From positions 17,107-81,106 of the IMG/VR virus record IMGVR_UViG_3300018414_000007: DNA of 64,000 nt. One strand, 5' to 3'. Origin of the DNA: a virus. The notes under the pieces were generated by a model, which was given only the letters and a program-made list of their open reading frames with translations, was not told the origin of the DNA and did no database searches. Positions 58,901 to 64,000 of the stretch are shown here, piece after piece. Position numbers and translations under genes: made by a program. The first letter of the stretch is position 1. The number at the start of each line of letters is the position of its first letter.

Positions 58901-61900
58901 TAATAACATTTGTATATTTGTTGTCTCCAAACTCTTGAGTTCCTCTTTCATTCATCTCAGCAAAAGTAGGTACTTCAATAGAAACATTGTCTCCTACTTT
59001 ATAATGATTTGCAGAGAATAACTTTGGATCAACAAATTTGTTAACTTCTACATTTCCTTTGTCATCAAATGTATCATATATCTTTCCAGTAATGGAATTA
59101 GAATCTTCATCATAGTTTCCTATTTCAACTTTATCAATAGCTAAGTAAGCCATAGCATTACCTATAGTTCTTTTAGTATCTAAACTAATGATATTAACTT
59201 CACTATCTATATGATTAAAATGTTCTAATGAAACTTGTTTTACTAATTGATGTTCAGGACTAGTAATTAAATCTCTATTAGCTTTTAAATCTTTATTCTT
59301 TTCAATAGTAACTACAGCTGTTTCTTCTGGAGTTAATACTTCTGTACTAGACTCATTTGTAGCCTCTACAGGAGACTTTTCTACTTGAGTAGTATTAGTA
59401 TCTACTGAAGTATTATTAGTTGATTGTGAGGCTTCTTTAGTAGGTGTAGAAGGGATTTCTTCTTCATCATCCCAATCTTTAGTAGCACCATTACCTATAG
59501 GTTCATCTGTTTGAACATTCTGAGCTTTAGTTAAAGTCTCTTTAATGTTCTTTTTCTTAGTATCTTCTTCAGCTTTATCTTTAATATCTTTTAACTTATC
59601 TTGAACTTCAGCTTGCTGTTTATCTTTAATAAGCTGTTGAGCTTGTTCAAACTGTCTTTGACCTTCTTGAGTAAATAGATGATTATATACGTCTAAGTAA
59701 TCTTGTCTTTTTTGTCTAAGCTTCTGAGTATCTTGAAGTAATTGAACAATCTTATCACCATTTAAAACAGCAGCTGTAGGATTAACTTTTTGCAAGTTCT
59801 CCCAAGCCATTTGTTCTGGAGATTTTAATTCTGATTTATTTTTTAATTCTGCTTGATATTGAGATTTTTCAGCAGGAGTAGTGTCAGGATGATCTATTAA
59901 TTTCTTTAATGTATCAATTTCTAAGCCTAATTGACTTGAAGGAATATCAGAAGAATATCTTAAGTTAGTAATAACTCCATCAGACAATTGAGCTAATTGC
60001 TCATTCATCTGTTTTTCCCTAACATCTAAATTCTTAGCAGCAGCAATAGAATGAACTAAGTGATCTCTTAAATCATCATTATCTCCTCTATATACATCAT
60101 CAGCTATCTTCATAGCTTGTTTTGTATTCTCTGCTCTAGCTAAAAACTGATTAGTAGTATCTAACTGGAATTTAATCTTCTCCATATCAGTTGCTTTATC
60201 AGCAGCTTCATCTCCTTTAAAACTAGAATAGAATTCATCTGGAGATAATTTCTTCATATGATCTACTTCATCTAGTAAGTCTTGATACAGATTATTTTTT
60301 ATTCTACTACTTACATAACTATGGATTTGATCATCCTTAGCATTCTGAAAATTAAATATATCTCCAGCAGCAAGAGCAGCATCTTGGTCTTTTTGTAAAC
60401 TATGGTTTTCTACTAAAGTATCATAGTTAGCTTTAGCAGTTTTGAAGTAATTAGTATGTTGATTAAGGTCATTAAGTACTTTACCTATCTTACGTTCCTC
60501 TTCAGCTCTTTCATCAAAGCTTCCTTTAACACCACCAGTCCATAAAGGTAATTTTTCTTTACCTATTACATTACCATTAGCATCTGTAACATCTTTAAAA
60601 CCATATTTACCTAAAGGATTATTCTCACCTAATGGAGATAAAATACCTCTTCCTGGAGCCCCTAAAGCACCTATAATCATACCCATACCTATATTATTCC
60701 AACCTTCTTTAGTTGTATAGGTTTCAGCAAGTTTCTGTGCAAATGTAGTTAATAAATCACTGGTATTAGCCTTAGCTTCTTCATCATTCTTTCTATCCCA
60801 AAATTCTCTAGCAGTATTAGAAATAGTACCTTGTATACCAAACTTAGTAGATTCTTCAAATGGTTTAGTAAGACCTGTAGTTATATTATCTAATATAGAA
60901 TGTTTACCATTATTAGCTAATTTAAATAGACCACTTTCAGCATCTTTTACTATAGCACCTTCAGCAATTTTAGATGTTTCATGACCTAATCCAAATAGTT
61001 TAGGAAATAATAGTAAGTTAGTACCACCTACTAAAGCTAAGTTACCTAAGTAAGTAAATAAACCTGCTTTAGATAATCTATCATCTATATCATCTTTAAC
61101 AGATTGAGGCATATCCTCTCCAGGATGTTGCTTTTGATAATCATCAATCATCTTCTCTCTAAGTTCCATAGTAGCTTGTCTAGCTTCTACTATACCTTCA
61201 TAAGAAGCACCCATAGCCAAGTGTTTAATACTTGTACCTAAGTCTCCTGCAAGAGAAATTCCTTTTGTAGCTAATGAAGTTAATTGTGCTGTTGCTTCTG
61301 ATGCTTCTGCTCCTTCACTTAAATATTTCATAAACTTAAGTGCTCTTGGAACTAATGTTTCAGAACCTAATCCAGAAGTAGCAATTTCAGATAATACAGC
61401 TCCTGCCATGAAACTGGCTGTATCAGTTGCTTCATCTGTAAATTGGGTAGGATGGAGAAATAACTTCTGTAAGATATTATCATCCTTATAATCTGCGCTC
61501 TTATATACATGGAAGATATCATCTAATTTCTTATTACCAGAATCTACTGCATTAATAAATGAATTATCCCAAATCTTAGTAATATCTCCTTGTGCTATAG
61601 CATCACCAACACCATATACAGTACCTGCAATATTACCAACTGTAGATAAGAATGTCTTACCTAAAAATTTAGCTGTAGCATCTCCTAAAGCACCAATAGT
61701 ACTTTGATTTTGAGCCCTTTCATCTTCTAAATTTGGAATATCTGATTCATAAACACTCTTATCATCCAAGTCACTAGGTTGATACTGATTACCTACATAA
61801 TCAGCTGTACCTGTATCTGCAATTCTAGGAGTCTCAGAATAAGACTTAGAAAGATTAGGAATGCTAGATGGATCTACACTACCATATGAACTAAGAGGTA

Positions 61901-61958
61901 GGTTATTACTATCCAAGGGAGCTTGAGGGTCTACATACCTTGAAGATTTCTTAGCCAT
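46941..61958 (-). CDS. Giant virion (cargo) protein containing the crAss-type DNA-dependent RNA polymerase, a zincin protease and an extra domain
   Basis: 5005 aa. RIPTQG...GSDFDVDKL catalytic loop (53388-53402), ADAQEY and QPMKPVY motifs; HEMIH (50919-50933) with downstream HEFVA; VFVFGSNTQGRHGMGAA domain near 50.1-50.45 kb. Confidence 0.9.
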   Translation of the reverse strand: MAKKSSRYVDPQAPLDSNNLPLSSYGSVDPSSIPNLSKSYSETPRIADTGTADYVGNQYQPSDLDDKSVYESDIPNLEDERAQNQSTIGALGDATAKFLGKTFLSTVGNIAGTVYGVGDAIAQGDITKIWDNSFINAVDSGNKKLDDIFHVYKSADYKDDNILQKLFLHPTQFTDEATDTASFMAGAVLSEIATSGLGSETLVPRALKFMKYLSEGAEASEATAQLTSLATKGISLAGDLGTSIKHLAMGASYEGIVEARQATMELREKMIDDYQKQHPGEDMPQSVKDDIDDRLSKAGLFTYLGNLALVGGTNLLLFPKLFGLGHETSKIAEGAIVKDAESGLFKLANNGKHSILDNITTGLTKPFEESTKFGIQGTISNTAREFWDRKNDEEAKANTSDLLTTFAQKLAETYTTKEGWNNIGMGMIIGALGAPGRGILSPLGENNPLGKYGFKDVTDANGNVIGKEKLPLWTGGVKGSFDERAEEERKIGKVLNDLNQHTNYFKTAKANYDTLVENHSLQKDQDAALAAGDIFNFQNAKDDQIHSYVSSRIKNNLYQDLLDEVDHMKKLSPDEFYSSFKGDEAADKATDMEKIKFQLDTTNQFLARAENTKQAMKIADDVYRGDNDDLRDHLVHSIAAAKNLDVREKQMNEQLAQLSDGVITNLRYSSDIPSSQLGLEIDTLKKLIDHPDTTPAEKSQYQAELKNKSELKSPEQMAWENLQKVNPTAAVLNGDKIVQLLQDTQKLRQKRQDYLDVYNHLFTQEGQRQFEQAQQLIKDKQQAEVQDKLKDIKDKAEEDTKKKNIKETLTKAQNVQTDEPIGNGATKDWDDEEEIPSTPTKEASQSTNNTSVDTNTTQVEKSPVEATNESSTEVLTPEETAVVTIEKNKDLKANRDLITSPEHQLVKQVSLEHFNHIDSEVNIISLDTKRTIGNAMAYLAIDKVEIGNYDEDSNSITGKIYDTFDDKGNVEVNKFVDPKLFSANHYKVGDNVSIEVPTFAEMNERGTQEFGDNKYTNVINDVNEFPIAIKNEEGKIISYIPTQSNIKKRVADEFKEQALADNLTLRQFIFDNKDGKFKGSITSKSPGYLISDKFENQKSLFKALGDGTKLADRVKLGIVRVVNTDIAADAGDLYTDTSGNSFSDGEIINPDTLHNGFMYSIVPSSKEGSYIAYPMKVNKIGLSNAKTIVEAIKLFAKKDNLTDKEKQSINNISEFNFNNFKDVTDFINRIMYSSSKSDAQVNTVFKLFKDNLYLSSLDGDKYSLNDIINNQATRDELANKLAERYFSFGLKDLNSKDPYYSYSLDNDGVIQQKENPSYQHYLDEHSAVTTNLRRVHIDGNEYAFTAQPVIGISNSVEKETKQITSNNNEEVKEPNTEETKPTIEEEKPIEVEEKSKKKTKTVLPKLPIKDIPLDDLNPILNSDETNSLFKNLEEDIKKLGNKDAVAIYARQVLGLVNTIASDQFGEPFIRPYAEGEVKYLPSRNIKMDVFEHLAASEQFKDSPNWKGQQEILLNILKQLHPELSETEIKAAANIAWAYKEAEFNYNSDVHDELMSFAYAGKVLDKRFLFPTFQETNSNEDVAYNLKRAPFKNIDYNISNKLYDLTPINPNFSVMDKLFVNLDKFSDSQQRTVIKSIIWAIEEGKKEGYTTVDDLFDYARDVMDNSREFYSDPDINTNNQYDNLIQKFKDIDDNWDKFKEKTIESLKGIGVKVTKTFVVNNTPDIPSEDDKSDIQPIEDDEHPQDNFVGTEADYRRDYTLDVDQKSTKDTASAHLKLKLSLIPKVELVDGKLEPVANFLGTGEMMDLDKVWTSLQGVLTGLSADEIIPTITELAVNNPMYSTILQTIMNDPDTSIQNQFVVAFSQDQRSPVTVKIGYADKTARRTIRVFGTNRQGANNILMDSWYDKFKNSSVVTDDGHGNYVVDTKRGKEFNDSFNNFLKTFDSKNTDNAKRLKNGLDAIGINLSINTIDNLLKKGTKINGKKVSAENFLKDYVSLIFKRLSAGYTPTENLIGDVAEEEDSKLELNNPFISETRALTQLARLENITNPFLYESSYVGGDGKPRYSITNNTMVSKFFNRLKNEEKGLQFINNKLTTTYAANSIWGNKYVSDPAFRQNFVIHPLDSLGSNETNQPNKVFSKMNNKEKEFTRISNYQNEGRPNSMFLAPIYSDKPTPMVIEVPKIPVKLNEGSLVVKNDAAKRALYAPFIAEYNRIREVQSQQENPEFQDRLLQGYHFGMGEKFLVYDFLNKNKELFDEKGRLRTIDAQTLERIVTPEIQKFTEDLIRKQVKYWKQLGLLEKDTPFYDKSFDKKFGDFTDDKHKLAAFAAEYAINQFISHFNYTQLISGDPALHGKSNIDKTWINYNKRLAKDVAPGLDGLFDKPQYTTVFLKDLKYTSKLFDKYQEVIKERAEAYKNMNPADAQEYTTLAEHLAVMKAYGKLTPELEAAGKRLIDGGSNESDIDLILQPMKPVYAGTMVDKSMGIDRMYYIKTSSFPLIPALTKGLEIDKLRVAMETAKVDRAVYESGVKLGLPISNIVQTESSQGVIRDDLDLSKNAITLDRDGFRIQQEVPYHSPESHSTVNEGTQGRKLILLDVDDDHTLHLFDSPVSGKDAKQIYENLHIEKMNRALKGLLKDIGAETDGSSVKIKDLSKLQKILIEEASSRNYNVNDVYGLQIETVDGVQRFKIPLGFNNSSSRLESILNSLFTNRVIKSELPGFSKIQGSSAGFSRLRTLDQLNAQAKDSIVWVNPNDTTLNYIRKSEDGTVLLQAEILVPSWFTGKDGKLIDMTKFLKEDGTLDTDRLPENLLTTIGIRIPTQGYNSMMSFKVKGFLPKTVGDLAIVPAEIVAQMGSDFDVDKLFMYRYHYKFDGNKFSKIEGNFKSGTSVDENGDLKGNLVDTDISKFSDEQIDNSIIQYYEDRYKDVDLLPKILEPNGYGDLPKLADEIKYIQNLDSDNHFFSTIKQNEFHKNNNDGIAGRGIFSLFSTFIRAAQDAKLALPTDKSIDFKIDNKIVRGNKLYGKGFIENKSPSTVVQYLQSASVDNAKEQLLGYLNINPLTMDVAGTILLAGFDENHIGYFLSQPILRDYVNELSNANDITNPVFKSNAQRQLEVLQKLKIEKYPTTNKEDESLHGYISGGVDNSSKYIFSIDELKEELKNPTNENQIAILDQFLKIKDMAKSIRMLQNAINVDTNGLGTRFVDLQVKANNIDIVKYTSDIINAENLFQNNTISKATDVLYKALGIGSNILPYETGDYISNVQSVLQEMGKADRSEINAKDLKSMYDSFKSYIYSHSNLLGIEDVNVERNRLLFGSQALGNRWEAYTQTPAGKKNMLSERLLVRRGKGTSDPIRLEALNTPAANTSDTSEAMLSYYRMYHKGTEEEKQLAKDLVNYFVLTGAKQGPSSIAKFIPYDILEEHGFSDKLHEIDKNLRDPQVNVLANAIEQFFQHNPSKASAFDPKSKDIHDYKRLEGFTMDGRSSYLVPDGYGNLTYPTYMSVYDREAKDFMLYKISKSTPLGSSYSRIDLLGADGIDEYNASAKEGQYSIFKNNQANLPIPGEITNRIEEDKSQDDNLTKSDKAVQIVDKNFLTKHFNLDNNNPESTLTTIANGPNKEFANIANDLKRVLVNFPNLKIDTNLSREGVAGSYVNNTISINIDNALNRSTDPINSISKTILHEMIHAITAYKINNYDKLSPEDKKSVDKIKILFNQYNRIADQEGLQKFKDITEKLRNGQQVSDEDKMWFMDNKSEFYPLTNIHEFVAGLTDMNFVAKLKDNNFWDKLWKAVANLLGLNESYKNDYDALYNTTLDLGGREKSVEETKEETPNTPQVKTYEGQITKLEPNQVFVFGSNTQGRHGMGAALFASRFAGAKYGQAEGPQGQSYAIVTKDLTKDKHPSVSRERIVSQIQKLYEYANQHPDKDFLVAYNGAGKNLNGYGNPEMAKMFSEFPIPSNMVFEEGFSELLTNPDSLNDLAPKDAKTEFLNKYHLYDGKPLTAPHFDRIKSAMEKNSKYNNIKIDLAWENGKRVLRVFTKGGTPLYDIDPKPVMPKSKEERIIEKSLKRLYDIRNKFQSNPNYAKNPGLQAKVEDINNQIKQIKAENTVSIITAQAKDKLASIETIMNRPGRMSAYDIDETKRYLSWYANIRNYITYNEAFAEENKNLDDIVRKSIDLNNELDKKKLETLSYYFGTDINPNVDLGKVFNQPNKDVGNMESTFESAMYSSSPKLQAMQTVIRKAELKTNDDFSKYQDKIVPVFKEFQKKYKNYNAVLQLDKDGNPTGRLLNKYKHEFWTKKKYDRTDWDVKITEEDKERYNADVEQLKSELPDWNKEGTHDYAKFKQWTASHNPDQYIAKVKKGSYISKEERNKYKDYVTSTPNSKWIDPRYTALKAFGEDSVEMKVYNELDSQFRSMAKLYGNESNYIPEVKKDYMDRMLEGDFKGAFKAIQQLATDSVTTKLESTVNTNSLDINGLPNESIPVYMMSNVMNPADKSYDLGRVLLAAKLQEFMLNHKNEIEPYLQMMKELTQKQPAYKVNTSDQIVTDDDGTPILDESPGRAPNITSQSNYMLESFLYDRGVEHTGANPDATIKRTTLNAKGEPVTETRALTGSKVVDTVSAYTRLKALGLNPVSSIGRVIWGVLSNTIYAGDRKAYGERENIKSFGYMLEASLPWTEAHSKVKALAEYFDMRQQLGEIKFGKFKLPSINNPLAEATPYVLVNKTEDFIQHQTGISVLMKEKVTDLSGVEHDLFDAFDGKGEWKTDQFGPNPYDDDRKRLEMSSHIQSVVTAVHGDYGDATMASQKYILRNLLTMRKWLPRSISVRFGKEYQTLSGDIQKGRYLSYKLSHLAVIPLIKDMYKAFTTDENADSIDNRNLRMNAYELAFIPVLWGAALAMKAMLHGLYHDDDKEKAALTFLLNSTTRVSGDLTFFYNPYSFQAVIREPIPAFKTLMDFADLGQAVAQTIEGKGTYKTGIHKGHSKIAVKLAKALPIVNIPEKVYSATKQAIDNK

Positions 61959-61961
61959 ATT

Positions 61962-63869
61962 TTAGTCTCCTTTTATTTTATTGTTATTAACTATTTCTGT
62001 AAATAGTGATGTCTTTTCTTCATTTTCTATTCTAGAAAGAGGAATTGGAATTGGTTTACCTACATCTCTTCCTGTCTTAGGATCTACTTCTTGGAATATT
62101 CCTCCTCCTGCAAGCTTACCATTTTGATTCTGTTTAAATGGAATCATTCTACCTACATGACCAGCAATAGCATAAGGAATGGGTTCTTGGTTAGGATTAG
62201 TTAAAATAGTTTGTGGTTTTCCACCTACATTAACTTTAACTTCTTGTAAATTCTTTGGATCAAAATCTTGTATATAGTTTTCTATTGATTTACTTCCAGT
62301 AAATTTCTGTTGAATCTGATCTGGTAGTGGTGAATAATAATTAGTACCTTTATTACTAAACTGAGTAAATCCATTTAATGGTCCTAATGTTTTAGGACTA
62401 ATACCAGCGATTTGAATATTTTTAACTTCATTATCTTTAGTATTATCTGAACTACTTGAAGTTTGAATTTCATCTAATTCTTTTGGATCTGTCACTTTAG
62501 CTAATTGACCATTTGTTAATTTATATACTTCTCCAGTACTAATTTGTCTTCTAGCAACATCTGCCATAACATCATTTAATTTTTTATTATCAGTACTAGT
62601 TACTTTATAATTAGCTCTATCAAAATCACTAATTAAATTTTTATACTCAGTTAAAACTTGTTTAGCTGTACCATGACCTGGGGAATAACCTAATAGTTTT
62701 CTAGCAGTAGCTAAAGTATTAACTTCATTTTCATCATAACCTCCTGGAACTTGAAGTTTAGTATTTGCAGATCCTATACCTAAAGAAGACAATCCTGATT
62801 TATTACTAGAATAATCTACTGGAACAGCATCTTTGAATTTAGCTCTATTTTCAGGTGTATCTTCTATAAATCTAGAACCATGATTTAAATTACCTTTATC
62901 ATCTAAACCATCTAGAATTTTCTGTACTTGTAAACTTAATTGTGAATTAGGTGTACTTTGATCTTGACCATCTGATCCCTTTCCTGTTGGGGTTATAGCT
63001 TTGCTATAATCAAGTAATTGAAAAGGAGGAGTAGAAGTACCTAATAAAGCTTTCTTTTTGTCTTCTTCTTCTTTATTAAACTTCCATTTTTCCCAATCTA
63101 ATTTTTGTTGTTCCATATATAATGGATCGTTAGATTGTTGTAAATAGCCCATACCAGCATCTATATGATTTTTAACCTTAGCAATTGCTTGGTCATCATT
63201 TAATCCTTGCTGTTTATAATAATTAATACCTTCTTGTACATCTTGACTATTAGTGTTAAGAGTACCATCTTGGTTATAATAAGATTGACGTACAGTATTT
63301 AATGCATCTATATTAGACATATGTCTACCATCAGACTTCATAATATGCTCTTTATCTTTAAATGCATTATTAATATTCTGATCAAAGTTAGTAGCTCTCA
63401 AATCTCCAGGATTAGATAAGAAATTACCTTGAGAGTCTTTTCCTGTAAAATTAGGATTAGAATCTATGTACTTAATACCTTTAGCATCTAATTCATCTTT
63501 GATGCTTTGTTTCTTCTTTAAAGCTTCATTAGCTGACTTAATAACTTGAAGTCTAGGATCAGCAGCAAATTGCATATTTAATCTTCTTGCTTCTTGTTCA
63601 TACATAGGATCAGAAGTATTACCATGATACTTATCAAGTAAAGCACCTTGTTGGGATCTATAGTCATTAGCAAATTGATTTATAAAGTCTTTATGAGCAG
63701 GAGCTAAAGCTTCAGCACTAGATAATCCAGTTTGAACTTGATCATTCTGAGCTTGAGCTAAATCTCCCCTTGATTGAATTGCTTGTGCTGCTTGGTACAT
63801 AGATTGTAATGGAAGAGGAACATATTGCTCTAATGTATTATTTACAGGCGAGCTATACTCATTAATCAT
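61962..63869 (-). CDS. Probable virion cargo/ejection protein
   Basis: 635 aa, N-terminal QYVPLP motif, Q/N/D-rich, immediately upstream of the RNAP gene as in crAss-like cargo clusters. Confidence 0.7.
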   Translation of the reverse strand: MINEYSSPVNNTLEQYVPLPLQSMYQAAQAIQSRGDLAQAQNDQVQTGLSSAEALAPAHKDFINQFANDYRSQQGALLDKYHGNTSDPMYEQEARRLNMQFAADPRLQVIKSANEALKKKQSIKDELDAKGIKYIDSNPNFTGKDSQGNFLSNPGDLRATNFDQNINNAFKDKEHIMKSDGRHMSNIDALNTVRQSYYNQDGTLNTNSQDVQEGINYYKQQGLNDDQAIAKVKNHIDAGMGYLQQSNDPLYMEQQKLDWEKWKFNKEEEDKKKALLGTSTPPFQLLDYSKAITPTGKGSDGQDQSTPNSQLSLQVQKILDGLDDKGNLNHGSRFIEDTPENRAKFKDAVPVDYSSNKSGLSSLGIGSANTKLQVPGGYDENEVNTLATARKLLGYSPGHGTAKQVLTEYKNLISDFDRANYKVTSTDNKKLNDVMADVARRQISTGEVYKLTNGQLAKVTDPKELDEIQTSSSSDNTKDNEVKNIQIAGISPKTLGPLNGFTQFSNKGTNYYSPLPDQIQQKFTGSKSIENYIQDFDPKNLQEVKVNVGGKPQTILTNPNQEPIPYAIAGHVGRMIPFKQNQNGKLAGGGIFQEVDPKTGRDVGKPIPIPLSRIENEEKTSLFTEIVNNNKIKGD

Positions 63870-64000
63870 TTATAAACCTCCATTTAAATCCACCAGAAGT
63901 TTTTAATATTCCATGACAAACCATACTTATTCCAGTTCTATCTGTATTAGTTTCTCTTGAAGCCTGACTTATAGATCTGAATATATTTACAATATTATTG
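63862..64000 (-). CDS. C-terminus of a NUMOD1-domain (homing endonuclease-associated) protein, partial
   Basis: Read by hand: NNIVNIFRSISQASRETNTDRTGISMVCHGILKTSGGFKWRFIND*. Confidence 0.8.
   Translation of the reverse strand, partial: NNIVNIFRSISQASRETNTDRTGISMVCHGILKTSGGFKWRFIND

Noticed and set aside
63876-63882. GGAGGT as an SD for the 635-aa cargo gene
   Set aside because: It is explained by the Trp-Arg-Phe codons of the conserved NUMOD1 end (KWRF), so it was not counted in the SD set.

Overview
AT-rich 64 kb segment of a crAss-like (Crassvirales-type) phage genome, read in standard code 11. Eight TTTG-N19/20-TAnnTTTG-type promoters point to a Bacteroidota host. Left arm (minus strand, 1-8.9 kb): portal (partial), TerL, IHF/HU-like and RepL-like genes, a degenerate tRNA(CAT), a NucA-type nuclease, a GH25 endolysin and a ParB-like protein. 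Plus strand 9-19 kb: small early genes interleaved with many stem-closed structured RNAs, including a circularly permuted anticodon-less tRNA-like element, a 156-nt expanded tRNA-Leu-like gene and a normal tRNA-Arg(TCT). Plus strand 19-46.9 kb: PolA with a non-AUG start, a phiEco32-like ATP-grasp/amidoligase/glutamine amidotransferase cluster whose first Ntn-GATase is split by an HNH gene, NrdJ, dUTPase, helicase, annealing protein, SSB, primase, RusA-like resolvase, 5'-3' exonuclease and three metallophosphoesterases. Right arm (minus strand): a 5005-aa virion RNA polymerase polyprotein, a second cargo protein and the end of a NUMOD1 endonuclease. The most unusual signals are the tRNA-derived RNAs, the split GATase and a set of genes with Shine-Dalgarno motifs at a fixed 3-nt spacing, mostly before non-AUG starts. 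All calls come from motif recognition and manual base-pairing; no database searches or folding programs were run.
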